Assembly (NCBI GenBank): GCA_963848135.1
Contig: CAWKCK010000017.1
Coordinates: 962,538 to 1,026,537 of the forward strand
Direction of reading: 5' to 3'
DNA length: 64,000 nucleotides
From: an uncultured delta proteobacterium
GTDB taxonomy: Bacteria > Desulfobacterota > Desulfobacteria > Desulfobacterales > SG8-13
The notes under the pieces were generated by a model. The model ran no database searches. It worked only from the letters and a program-made list of their open reading frames with translations, and was not told where the DNA came from. Below are positions 46,892-57,167 of the stretch, piece by piece (the first letter of the stretch is position 1; each line of letters begins with the position of its first letter). A program made the translations under genes and the position numbers.

Positions 46892-49800
46892 TTCCGACAG
46901 CCGCTTCATGACTTCGAGGTATTCAGGAGAACGTGAGAGGTAAAAGGAAAGGGCGCGGGCAAAGTCTTTCCCGAGAACGCCGTCGATAAACATCTGGCTG
47001 ATTTCCCGGTTGCGGTCCAGGGCGAATTGAGATGTCACCAGTAACTGGCGGTCCTCTTCACTGATCGTATTGAGCAAATGCAGCAGGGCCGTTTGGGCAC
47101 GCGGCTGGTACATCCAGAAATAGAGCATGTCCAGGACATGAACCATAACGATCTTCTCTAGATCGCGTGCCTCGGCATTGTTCCGGACGGCATACCGACA
47201 GGATTTATCGAGAATCTCCCGGGTAGCGGTCTCAGGATACATGACCTCCAACTGGGCGTAGACTTTGAAAAGCCCGGAGAGTTTCTTGCGATATTCCCGG
47301 AAGCGGGACTTAATGTTGGAATAGCGATCACTCAGCCCCTCGATGATACCAGCGACAAAATCCGAAGCCGCCTTCGATATGACAGCTGCCCAGCGTTGCA
47401 AAACACTGTCGACACCGGGAACACCGGCGATGTGTAACAAAGACCCGGCAGCCGCATTGAAAATGATGGCAATCGGAATCGACAGCACGCTGCGGAAAAA
47501 ATTGCCCACGATGACGCTCCGGGGAAATCCGCGAAAAGCATTGTGACTGGAGAGGTAAATCCCATTGGCCAGCGCCATGAACGTGTACAGGGCCATCGGG
47601 CGGTGGGCGGTTGTAATACCGAACCCTTTGTCCAGAATAAGTGTTTTTACCACCAGGTCCAACAATGGTACCGAAAACCCAGTGTAAAGCAGTGAATCGG
47701 TCAGACGATCCCAGCTCACATAGTCGTTCCATCGCAACAGGGGCGAGCGCCTGAGTCCTCCCCCCCCGAGAACGGACTGCAGGATATTACGCAATCCGGT
47801 AATACCGAACCAGATGAAGGCACCACCGTATGCCAATACCCACCAGTCTTTTGTAAGGGCAAAGGTGGTGAAAGCAGGGACGAAGCCGATAAACACCTTG
47901 AGGGTGTTTTTGAGACGGGTATTCATGTATCGCCAGGAAAGGCGTTTGTGGTTTTGATCCAACCGCTGTGGTTTCAGGTACAGCTCGTTGGCCAGGTCCT
48001 TCTGTACACCACCGAGGGTGACGATGTCACCGGGTTGTTTCATCCGGATTGTCTTTTCTTCCACATACCAGTCTTCGATGCACCGATGTCCCAATCGGCG
48101 AAAAACCGGCAGGCGTCCTGCCGCACGAATGAAAGCTCTGAAAAGACGACCGGATCCCTCGTATGGTACGAAAGTCAGCCGCCGCAAAACCGTCATGGTC
48201 ATTGGAATGATTTCACGATTCTTGCCGCCCTGTTGGGCCACTTCTTTTCTGGCCCGGGGGGCCAGTGTTTCGATAACGGCCAACCCCATTCCGTGCACCC
48301 GCGGAGAGCGACCGGTGGAATCGCTCCCGATTCTGGCTTTCAACGGTGTTCCTTCATAAAGGGCCTTTAAATGGAGTATATCGTGCAGAATTATCTTCAG
48401 CTTCCAAATCCGTTCGGTTCGGTCGGACAAATCCGAAGCCTCAAGGTTGGTAATAATCTTACGTATGATTCGTTTCAGACTGATGACACTGCCTTCATTG
48501 AGGGCCTGCTGCAGCAGGTTGATATCGGCTAGGTGGGCGGTGTGACCGTCGGCATAGTCTTTGAGGTTGAATATTTCGAGTCGGGTGATTGTCCCCTCAC
48601 AATCATAGAGCAGCTCCAAGACATCTTCCACTTTTAGATTACTGAGATTCAGCGTGATGCGATGTCCGGAATGCAGGTTTGTCAGCCGTTTAATCAACTC
48701 GCAAGGGCTCAGACGCAGCAAGTCGGGAACCTCCGGACCGTCGCTGGGAAGACCCGGATTGGGGAGATTCGGGTTCTTTTCAGGCCGCAGAAAATCTTCT
48801 AAAAATTGCTCGATATCAATGCGGTTGAGGGTCTCGATCTCACCTCGTATTTCGGGCTGTTCTCTTGTATCTGCACTGTTGTATCGCTCACGCAAAGCAA
48901 CGACACGGTCTTTCAGGGCTTCCAGCACTTTTTGATGTATAAACTTGGAAAGATGCAGTGTGGACTTTTGTCCGAGAGCAACAAATTTCAGAAACGCAGT
49001 TTCATCCAGTGGAGCCAGTTCGATCCGAAAAGACTCGGCAATCTCCTGGCGGTGGGTTTTATTGAATTCTCGAAGCAATGCCAGCACATGTTCCTGCTGG
49101 TATGCCGAAACAACCCGCCCCTCATCCATGATTTCCATGACCGGGTCTTCCGCCAGGAAGCAGAGAAATGCCTGCGCGTCGGGAAAACCCCTTGGCACCC
49201 AGATTACCTGCACATATTTGTCGCGAAATCGCGCCGATAACTCGATGCCGATGCGAAGATCGACACCCATGATGGCGGCCGCCTCCAACAGCTCGGCGGC
49301 AAAACGCGGTTCAATATAATTGTAGTGGATGACCCGCAACCGTCGAATACCCTTTATCCAGGCATCCATGATCAGGTGAGTGGATGATTTGCGCCCCTTG
49401 GTGTTGGCGTCGTGCACATGGTCGTCAAAAGCGATCTGATTCCATTCCTCCGGCATTTCCAGCAAATGGTATCGTCGGAGTTGCTCCCTAACAAACCGTG
49501 GTTTTCCGGTGGCCGTCATTCGGAAATCATGGGCCAGTTCGAGCTGGCGGCGATAGTTGCCGTGAGACCTGACCAGCTCTTTCATAATTTCCATTAATAC
49601 CCGAGCGGTGTTCTTGGGCATGGTTCCGGCAGCGGTGTCGAGGATTTCGTCCCGAAGTGATCGCAGGGCACTAAGACGCTCTTCCACTGCTCCGACTTCA
49701 AGGGAACTGAGAAGGTGGACCACGGCATAGGCGATGCGCAATCCCTTCGATTCAGCCATTTCCTTGATGCCGTTGGGATGAAAATACGGGTAATAGATTC

Positions 49801-49984
49801 TGCGGGTATACTCGAAGGTGCGGTCACGGTTCAGGACACTGGAAACGATGCGCAGCAATTCATGGTCGCGTCGGTCAAACAGTATCCTGGAAACTCGATC
49901 TTGTTTCCTTTCACGTGGCAAAGTCCGTTGGCGTGTTTCTTTCCTGCATGTTTTCATCAGCATAACAGTATGAAATTTATACAA
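46889..49984 (-). CDS. Large hypothetical protein with a split PHP-like domain and a C-terminal membrane region
   Basis: DDHVHDANTKG, GIELS and IGSDSTG motifs; hydrophobic segments in the last third; start uncertain. Confidence 0.7.
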   Translation of the reverse strand: MYKFHTVMLMKTCRKETRQRTLPRERKQDRVSRILFDRRDHELLRIVSSVLNRDRTFEYTRRIYYPYFHPNGIKEMAESKGLRIAYAVVHLLSSLEVGAVEERLSALRSLRDEILDTAAGTMPKNTARVLMEIMKELVRSHGNYRRQLELAHDFRMTATGKPRFVREQLRRYHLLEMPEEWNQIAFDDHVHDANTKGRKSSTHLIMDAWIKGIRRLRVIHYNYIEPRFAAELLEAAAIMGVDLRIGIELSARFRDKYVQVIWVPRGFPDAQAFLCFLAEDPVMEIMDEGRVVSAYQQEHVLALLREFNKTHRQEIAESFRIELAPLDETAFLKFVALGQKSTLHLSKFIHQKVLEALKDRVVALRERYNSADTREQPEIRGEIETLNRIDIEQFLEDFLRPEKNPNLPNPGLPSDGPEVPDLLRLSPCELIKRLTNLHSGHRITLNLSNLKVEDVLELLYDCEGTITRLEIFNLKDYADGHTAHLADINLLQQALNEGSVISLKRIIRKIITNLEASDLSDRTERIWKLKIILHDILHLKALYEGTPLKARIGSDSTGRSPRVHGMGLAVIETLAPRARKEVAQQGGKNREIIPMTMTVLRRLTFVPYEGSGRLFRAFIRAAGRLPVFRRLGHRCIEDWYVEEKTIRMKQPGDIVTLGGVQKDLANELYLKPQRLDQNHKRLSWRYMNTRLKNTLKVFIGFVPAFTTFALTKDWWVLAYGGAFIWFGITGLRNILQSVLGGGGLRRSPLLRWNDYVSWDRLTDSLLYTGFSVPLLDLVVKTLILDKGFGITTAHRPMALYTFMALANGIYLSSHNAFRGFPRSVIVGNFFRSVLSIPIAIIFNAAAGSLLHIAGVPGVDSVLQRWAAVISKAASDFVAGIIEGLSDRYSNIKSRFREYRKKLSGLFKVYAQLEVMYPETATREILDKSCRYAVRNNAEARDLEKIVMVHVLDMLYFWMYQPRAQTALLHLLNTISEEDRQLLVTSQFALDRNREISQMFIDGVLGKDFARALSFYLSRSPEYLEVMKRLSE

Positions 49985-50130
49985 AAATGTAAAGAAAAAG
50001 ATGTTGACAGTCGCCCCTTTTATGAATCATGATGCATTGGACCAGGTTGCAACCTGCAAATTTCACCTGTTATCGCGATAAGGAATCCGTGATTGGTGAT
50101 TGATCTAGAGACGAACCGGAAAGGTTATGA

Positions 50131-50739
50131 ATGCCGAGAATCACCATGATTGCCTGTCACGAATGTGACCTGCTGCATCGGCTGGGACCACTCCGGAAGG
50201 GAACAATAGCGCGTTGTACCCGTTGCGGCGCTGTATTGTTACGTCACCGGCGCAAAAGCCTCGAACGAACCCTGGCTCTGAATATCACCGGTCTGATTCT
50301 TTTCGCTCTGGCCAATTCATTTCCTTTTTTGGCGATGACATTTGAAGGCCAGTACCGGCAGATCGTCTTGCTGACCGGCATTAAGGAACTCTATCTTCAG
50401 GGGATGCCCGGAGTCGCTGTGCTGGTGCTAATAACCACAATCGTATCGCCAGCCCTGCACCTGGCCGGGTTGCTGTATGTTTTGCTGACACTCAAATTGA
50501 ACCTGTTGGCCCCCGCCGTTTGGCGCGTATTCCGTTGGGTTCGACACCTGCAGCCGTGGAGCATGCTGGAAGTTTTCATGCTTGGCATTCTGGTGGCCCT
50601 GGTCAAGCTCACCGATGTGGCAGACGTCGTTCCAGGGATTTCGCTCTACTGTTTTCTGGCTCTCATTTATGTTCTGGCGGCCATCACTGTCTCCCTTGAC
50701 CCGAACAGCGTGTGGGAAAAATGGTGGGACCGCCGATGA
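50131..50739 (+). CDS. pqiA: Paraquat-inducible protein A, N-terminal half
   Basis: CHECD, CTRCG, PWSMLEVFMLGILVALVKL. Confidence 0.9.
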   Translation: MPRITMIACHECDLLHRLGPLRKGTIARCTRCGAVLLRHRRKSLERTLALNITGLILFALANSFPFLAMTFEGQYRQIVLLTGIKELYLQGMPGVAVLVLITTIVSPALHLAGLLYVLLTLKLNLLAPAVWRVFRWVRHLQPWSMLEVFMLGILVALVKLTDVADVVPGISLYCFLALIYVLAAITVSLDPNSVWEKWWDRR

Positions 50740-51356
50740 CATCAGCGAGCATCACCTCAAAAGACGCCGACCTGATCAGCTGTCACAGCTGTCACCTCCT
50801 TTGCCGACCCGCTGCACCTCAAGGCCACCGCCCCGGTCAATGTCCGCGCTGCAGCGCCACCCTGCATTTACGCAAACCCCGCAGCATCAAACGGACTTGG
50901 GCACTGCTGAGCGCCGCCGCGATCTGTTATATCCCGGCGAACGTATTGCCCGTTACAAAAGCCACCTCTTTGGGAGACGTTCAGATCGACACTATTATGA
51001 GCGGGGTGATTTATTTCATCAATACCGGTATGTGGCCGATCGCAATAGTTATTTTTGTCGCCAGTATCCTTGTCCCCTTATTGAAAATCGTTATACTTTC
51101 CGGCCTGCTGGTTTCAGTTCAACGCCGTTCGATATGGCGTTCGAGGGATCGCGCCCGTTTTTACCGCCTGACCGAGATTATCGGGCGCTGGTCCATGGTC
51201 GATGTCTATGTCATTACGATTTCAGTCGCCCTGGTCAAAATGGGGGCCGTCGCTTCGTTTGAGGCCGGTCCGGGACTGGTATTCTTTGCAGCGGTGGTGG
51301 TATTGACCATGATTGCCGCAATGAGTTTCGATCCCAGGCTGATATGGGATAAATAA
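50736..51356 (+). CDS. pqiA: Paraquat-inducible protein A, C-terminal half
   Basis: CHSC, CPRC, YIPAN, GRWSMVDVYV, SFDPRLIWD; ATGA overlap with the first half. Confidence 0.9.
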   Translation: MTSASITSKDADLISCHSCHLLCRPAAPQGHRPGQCPRCSATLHLRKPRSIKRTWALLSAAAICYIPANVLPVTKATSLGDVQIDTIMSGVIYFINTGMWPIAIVIFVASILVPLLKIVILSGLLVSVQRRSIWRSRDRARFYRLTEIIGRWSMVDVYVITISVALVKMGAVASFEAGPGLVFFAAVVVLTMIAAMSFDPRLIWDK

Positions 51357-51367
51357 GGAGCCCCGCA

Positions 51368-53047
51368 ATGGAAGAGAAGAATAGAGAGGAATTCCAACCT
51401 GACGATATACCGGAAGCGATTGTCCAGTCCCGCTTCAGGCAATTCTCGATCGTGTGGATCGTTCCATTGGTTGCTGCCCTTATCGGCGCATGGCTGATAT
51501 ATAAGGCCCAATCGGAAAAGGGCCCGATCATAACCATCACCTTCCAAACCGCCGAGGGCCTCGAGGCCGGTAAAACCAAAATCAAATACAAGGACGTCGA
51601 TCTCGGCCAGGTCCAGAAAATCAGTCTCAGCCGAGATCTATCTCAAGTGGTTGTCACCGCCAAACTTCTTAAGCAGGCCGAAGATCTGGTTTCTGAAAAC
51701 ACGCGCTTCTGGGTTGTACGGGCCCGGGTTAATGTCAGTGGGGTTTCGGGAATTGGCACCCTATTCTCAGGGGTTTACATCGGCATGGATCCGGGCAAAC
51801 CCGGCAAACCATCCCGGCATTTCACCGGTCTGGAAGAGCCCCCGATTGTAACTGCTGATCTGCCGGGCCGCCACTTCGTGCTGAAAGCTGAAAGACGCGG
51901 TTCGCTCGACACGGGATCACCGGTCTATTTTCGGCAAATCAGAGTGGGTCAAGTTGTCGGCTATCAGCTGGCCGAAGATGGTCAGAGCGTAACGATTAAG
52001 GTTTTTATCAACAGCCCTTACCACAGATTCGTATACAAAAATTCACGGTTCTGGAACGCCAGCGGCTTGGACCTTTCGATTGGTACCGAGGGCGTTCAAC
52101 TCAATACGGAATCAATGGTAACCATGTTGATTGGCGGCATATCCTTTGACGTTCCCAGTTACCTTGAAACCGAAGGTCCGGCTGCAGCGGATCAGGTATT
52201 CAACCTCTATGAAAATTATACCGCCAGCCAGGAGAAAACGTACCTGGCGAAGAATTACTGGGTGCTCTATTTCGCAGGATCCGTAAGAGGTCTTTCACCG
52301 GGTGCGCCGGTAGAATTCAGAGGCATTAGGATCGGCAAAGTGGTTGACATCACGCTCGAGTTCGATGCCAAAGGAAAGGATTTTCGCATACCGATTCTGG
52401 TGGAAATGGAAGCGGAGCGATTTATCCCCTCCACAGAATTGCCCCGGGAAGAGGAGCGCCGGACGATCCTCGATTTTCTGGTGGAAAAAGGCCTGCGGGC
52501 TCAGCTTAAGATCGGCAACCTGATCACCGGGCAGCAATTGGTTTCGTTTGACATCTTCCCCAAGGCCTCACCCCGGCAGATTCACTGGAATGACCCCTAT
52601 CCGGAATTTCCCACTGTGCCAGCACCGATTGAGGAAATAAGCAGCCAGGTAAGCCGCATCCTTACCAAATTGGACAAGTTGCCCTTGGAGCAGATCGGCA
52701 ATGACCTTCGCGACACCGTCAAGAGCACTAAGGAACTGATGGGCGGCCCTGAATTACATGAAGCCGCTCGCAATCTGAACGGGATCCTAATGGAAATGCA
52801 GCAACTGATCGGTGATTTGAGAACGGGAGTAACTCCGGACATTGCGGCCACCCTGTCGCAGGCAAAACGATCCCTCGCCGCCGTCGAAACGATTCTGAAC
52901 GAAGACGCTCCTTTGCAGGTCAATATCAATAATGCTTTAGTGGAGCTTACTGCCGCGGCCCGGTCACTGCGCGCCCTGACCGATTACCTCGAGCGCCATC
53001 CGGAGGCACTTATCTATGGCAAGAAAAAAGATAAGTCGATTCAATGA
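51368..53047 (+). CDS. pqiB: PqiB, three MCE domains
   Basis: SIVWIVPLVA, AEGLEAGKTKIKYKDV, SVRGLSPGAPVEFRGI, YLERHPEALIYGK. Confidence 0.93.
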   Translation: MEEKNREEFQPDDIPEAIVQSRFRQFSIVWIVPLVAALIGAWLIYKAQSEKGPIITITFQTAEGLEAGKTKIKYKDVDLGQVQKISLSRDLSQVVVTAKLLKQAEDLVSENTRFWVVRARVNVSGVSGIGTLFSGVYIGMDPGKPGKPSRHFTGLEEPPIVTADLPGRHFVLKAERRGSLDTGSPVYFRQIRVGQVVGYQLAEDGQSVTIKVFINSPYHRFVYKNSRFWNASGLDLSIGTEGVQLNTESMVTMLIGGISFDVPSYLETEGPAAADQVFNLYENYTASQEKTYLAKNYWVLYFAGSVRGLSPGAPVEFRGIRIGKVVDITLEFDAKGKDFRIPILVEMEAERFIPSTELPREEERRTILDFLVEKGLRAQLKIGNLITGQQLVSFDIFPKASPRQIHWNDPYPEFPTVPAPIEEISSQVSRILTKLDKLPLEQIGNDLRDTVKSTKELMGGPELHEAARNLNGILMEMQQLIGDLRTGVTPDIAATLSQAKRSLAAVETILNEDAPLQVNINNALVELTAAARSLRALTDYLERHPEALIYGKKKDKSIQ

Positions 53048-53186
53048 CCTCCGCTAAAGCCGGAGGAATGGCTTGTGAACCGCTCACTATAGGTGATAAT
53101 AATCTTCGTCTGGACGTTGTGTTCTTCTGGGGCAGCCAAACTTTGGAAGTTTCCCGGTAAAGCTGGGGATTTAGCGATGGTTATTA
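53045..53186. mobile_element. Internally deleted IS200/IS605-like element (both ends, no tnpA)
   Basis: TGACCTCCGCTAAAGCCGGAGG...TGTGAACCGCTCA at one end and CAAACTTTGGAAG...CCCGGTAAAGCTGGGG...GATGGTTATTA at the other. Confidence 0.6.
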
Positions 53187-55036
53187 GAAATGCCGGGCAT
53201 TAATGACAAGATGACACAATATGCTCAGCCCATAACCCAAGGCAATGGCCGGCGTCCATTTCAGATGGGCACCGAAGGTGTATATACCCCATGCCGTGCC
53301 GAGTAACCCCACTCCGGCGGCCGAACCGATGGCCAGTAAGCAACCACCGACGCCGGCGGTTAATGTGACTAGAAGCCATTGTCCATGCGACATGCTGGGG
53401 TCCATGGTCAGCACGGCAAACATGACCGGAATGTTGTCGCCAATCGCAGAAAGCACGCCGACAGCCGTGTTGGCTGCCGTCGGACCCAGGTCGACATACA
53501 TGTAATTGGATACCAACGCCAGGTAGCCGAACTGCGAAATACCACCGACGCACAAAATCACGCCGTAAAAAAACAGCAAGGTATCCCACTCCGCGCGGGC
53601 GATCCGTTTCATCAGATCGAAATGTGAGGTCCTGCGTTTCATATTCGTATAATCGTGCAGCGTTTCCACAACCCCGATCACCTTTCCCTGGTCATCTTTG
53701 ACCGGTGCCGCGGCAATGGAGAGCCATTTGCCTTTCTTTCCGACAGTGGGGAAAAAGGCGGCGGTTTCGTATGCGTGTTCGATAGAATGAACCTGTTTGT
53801 GGTGGCCGCCGTAGTGCCGACCGATTTCTTCCTTGGGAAAGTTTTCCAGCACCAGATCGGCCAAAATAAGCCTTTCCTTTTCATAGAAGGGATACCAGTG
53901 ACGACGTGTGCCGATGACCTCGCCGGCCGGTACGCCGCTGAGCTTCTCCATGGCCGGGTTCCAATACGTGACAATGTGATCGTTATCGATCATAAAGGTG
54001 GGTTCGGAATACTCCCGGATGAATTCCGACAGGTTGCTGCGCCTCTGGATCAACGCCTCCAGGGGGTGAAGCGTTTCATGCGGGCGTTGGCCGAGGATGC
54101 TGTCATACCTGTCTTCACGACCCTCGCGTATCTTGATGTAATAGGAAAACACACCAAGGTACCCCAACCCCAGCATCATTCCTGCCGCTGGCGGCAGGTG
54201 AAGGAAATTGTGGAATGACACCGCGGTGGCAATTGTCAACAGAAACAGGCCAATCATCCGGTGGGCACCCAGTTTCATGGTGGCAGCTTCCTCATTATTT
54301 TTAACCTTCGGCACTTTTTTCTCTATCGCCAGGCTCATGAGGACGGCAGGTACCAACCAGTTAACGAGTGAGGAAATATATCGAAAAATTCGAGGAACGA
54401 CACCTTACCCTTCTGCCACACCATGAGGGTGGTAATATCACCGAACGGTGAAAAGGCACCGCCGGCATTGGCGGCGACAACGATGTTAATGCAGGCCAGT
54501 GTAACGAACTTCTTGTTGTCGCCACCGACAGCCATGACCGCGGCACCCATGAGCAGTGCGGTCGTCAGATTGTCTGCTATCGGGGATATGAAAAATGCCA
54601 GCAAACCGGTGATCCAGAAGATCCTTCGCAGGGAATAGCCTTTGGAAACGAGGTATGACCTCAGGGCCTGAAAGACGTTCCTTTCTTCGAGGGCGTTGAT
54701 ATAGGTCATGGCCACCAGCAGGAAAAGAAAAAGCTCGGCGTATTCGAGCAGACTGTGCCTGATCGCCTCGTGAGGTGTGTGCGTATCACCCACGGACGCA
54801 TAACCGAGCGCCACCAAAACCCAGATGATCCCTGCGGCCAGTAAGACCGGTTTGCTTTTGCGCAGATGGATTTTGTTTTCGAGCGGAACCAGGGCGTAGG
54901 CGCAGACGAACAGCAGCAGTCCTACGATGCCTTAACCACTGGCGGTGAAATCGATGACGGTGGCAGTTCCAGATTCAGACGCCAGTGATAATGCCGGCAC
55001 GAATATCAAGATTACAAAAAGCAGGCAGGATTTCAT
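53184..55036 (-). pseudogene. nhaD: NhaD Na+/H+ antiporter with a PAS-PAC insertion; premature stop and frameshift
   Basis: HLRKSKP, SPIADNLTTAL, ANAGGAFSPFGDITTLMVW, EWDTLLFFYG, GSAAGV; TAA at 54932-54934; frameshift near 54370-54378. Confidence 0.88.
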
Positions 55037-55042
55037 CTTACG

Positions 55043-55774
55043 TTATTTTTTCCTCCTTAGTATGAAGGATGTCGCTTTTTCGAAAGTACGGTTTTTCTGA
55101 GCCCCCAGGATAGTGCCGATGGCCGTTTCAATAGCAGCATCCAGGTCGAGACGCGCAGTATTTATGATAAGGTCATAGTGTTTCCAGTCAGCGATATCTT
55201 CACGAAAGCTGTCCTTGATAAAAGCCTTTCGTTTGGAGTTACGGTGTCTAATCCTCTTTCTCGCTTCAACCAGAGACACGCCGAAATGAAAGGCCACATT
55301 TTTCTCGCGCACCTCTTCTGGAGCGACAACGCGAATGGCGAAGCGTTTATCAACAGGAAGGATAAAATTGGCACCGCGCCCCACGATCACGGCCCGACCG
55401 ATCATTCCCAGAGCATTGACAACCTTGGTAAGATGATGGAAATAGTCGCCGGAATAAACATATTCGCCGGTGAGTAATGAGGAAACGAAATCCTGTAATT
55501 TAGAAAACCGTTCTTTTTCGATTAAATCGAGGGCATTGCTACTGACATCGGCGCTGTGGGAGACCGCATTGAGAATGTTTTTCGAATACAACTCGAAACC
55601 CAGCCTTTTGGCCAGCCCTTCTGCGATGAGATACCCACCGCTGCCGGCTTCCATGCTGAGGGTGATCACCGGCACGGAGATCTTTTTTCCCAAGTCTTCT
55701 TCCGTCAGGCGATTATCAAACTTGGCCCGCTGTTCGGCCACGAATTTTTCTACAGTCATGCTTGATGAGCCCAT
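55043..55774 (-). CDS. Cytidylate-kinase-like family protein
   Basis: VITLSMEAGSGG, VIVGRGANFIL, YDLIINT. Confidence 0.85.
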   Translation of the reverse strand: MGSSSMTVEKFVAEQRAKFDNRLTEEDLGKKISVPVITLSMEAGSGGYLIAEGLAKRLGFELYSKNILNAVSHSADVSSNALDLIEKERFSKLQDFVSSLLTGEYVYSGDYFHHLTKVVNALGMIGRAVIVGRGANFILPVDKRFAIRVVAPEEVREKNVAFHFGVSLVEARKRIRHRNSKRKAFIKDSFREDIADWKHYDLIINTARLDLDAAIETAIGTILGAQKNRTFEKATSFILRRKK

Positions 55775-55969
55775 TTTAACTCCTTTCAAGAATTTATTAT
55801 ATAATTCTGGGTCGTGGATTTACTGGTGCTCGGCCTCGAATAGCGCGAATTAAATATCCGCATATCATCGGGTCACCTTTTGAAAGATTCACGAGGCGTT
55901 GGAGTAATGAGGTAGAATATTTACGTGCTTCGTGAGTAAGCTAAAGGATATTTTAGATTATCTCAGGGG

Positions 55970-56233
55970 TCGGGGAGTTTTTCCCGCAAATGCTGAACCA
56001 GAGCGGAGGGAGTGATCAGCAGCGAAAGCGTGCACTGTCCGAATGCATTAGGCAACTTTGGGAAAGAACAGCGGGAACCCCGATTATCAGATTCGGATCA
56101 CAACAAGTGAACTAAGCTCAACAGTTTTATATAATTATGAAATCTTCTCTTTCCTTAGGTTGCCTTACGCATGAGTTTGCGCGCTGAAGTCGCTGAGTAT
56201 TTCATCCGCTACCGGATAGTGAAAACTCCCCGA
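55970..56233 (+). ncRNA. Candidate ~265-nt rod-like structured RNA of unknown family
   Basis: Nested helices 55970-55981/56222-56233, 56002-56007/56205-56210, 56028-56034/56178-56184 and 56050-56067/56148-56165; G-U pairs favour the plus strand. Confidence 0.5.
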
Positions 56234-56398
56234 GGGCTCAATTATCTATTTGTTTTATATTGGTTTCTCGGATATTCTCCTACGAACCCTTCGCCATGGG
56301 CCGTCCGATTATTGGCAAGTTAATCATGTCACTCTCCTAAAAAACACCCCACCACCATTCAAAATTTAGTGAATTCCGATATTCGACGGCTATAGTGA

Positions 56399-56439
56399 TT
56401 GTCAAAAGAACGTTCCGTTATTCGAACTTTTTTTGACAA
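56399..56439. terminator. Hairpin downstream of pdxT
   Basis: TTGTCAAAAG...GTTC...GAAC...TTTTGACAA inverted repeat. Confidence 0.35.
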
Positions 56440-56581
56440 CCACTTATACCATCCTATCGAATTTCGAAATATATTTTTGAAAAGCAGTATAAAGGCGCGC
56501 AAACTATTCCCAATCGGGAGGTATGTCAACCAGAATCGAGCAACTGAATCACTTTATTAGAATCGTACATGGGGATAGGCT

Positions 56582-57157
56582 TCAGGATTGGACCAATTTC
56601 AAGAAATATCGATGCAGGCGCGGATCAGCCGTCAATTCTGGATGAAACGCGGTTGCCAGGTGCTTCTGCTGTCGGACAGCAACGGCGGTTTGAGTATCCA
56701 GCCGGGCAATGACGTTGGCCTCACCCCATGTCTCGATAACCTTGGGCGCACGGATAAAAACAGCTGGAAAAGGGTCACATGTGTCGTCGCCAAGACCGTC
56801 CACCGTCACGCCGATTTCAAAGCTGTCGACCTGGCGGCCGAACGCATTACGAGACACAGCCATGTCCATAATTCCTAACCGTGGCTGATCGCCGTCGATA
56901 CGTTTGGCCATCAGGATCATCCCGGCACAGATCCCCCACACCGCTTTGCTTTCGGCAAAGCGGCGTAGCGGTGCCACAAGGTCATAAAGCACTGCCAGTT
57001 TGCCGATCGTCGTACTTTCCCCGCCGGGAATGACCAGGCCATCGAGCCCCCCAAGATCTTTGCCAAGCCTCACCTCGATCACTTCAGCACCAAGCCGCGT
57101 CATAATATCGATGTGTTCTTTAAAGGCCCCCTGGAGAGCCAATACGCCGATTTTCAT
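56582..57157 (-). CDS. pdxT: PLP synthase glutaminase subunit
   Basis: GVLALQGAF, IPGGESTT, GICAG, RNAFGRQVDSF, FHPEL. Confidence 0.97.
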   Translation of the reverse strand: MKIGVLALQGAFKEHIDIMTRLGAEVIEVRLGKDLGGLDGLVIPGGESTTIGKLAVLYDLVAPLRRFAESKAVWGICAGMILMAKRIDGDQPRLGIMDMAVSRNAFGRQVDSFEIGVTVDGLGDDTCDPFPAVFIRAPKVIETWGEANVIARLDTQTAVAVRQQKHLATAFHPELTADPRLHRYFLKLVQS

Positions 57158-57167
57158 TGATACTCCC

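Noticed and set aside
56238..56327. SD-preceded micro-ORF MINLPIIGRPMAKGS on the minus strand
   Set aside because: Only 15 codons, not hydrophobic or toxin-like, with no other support.
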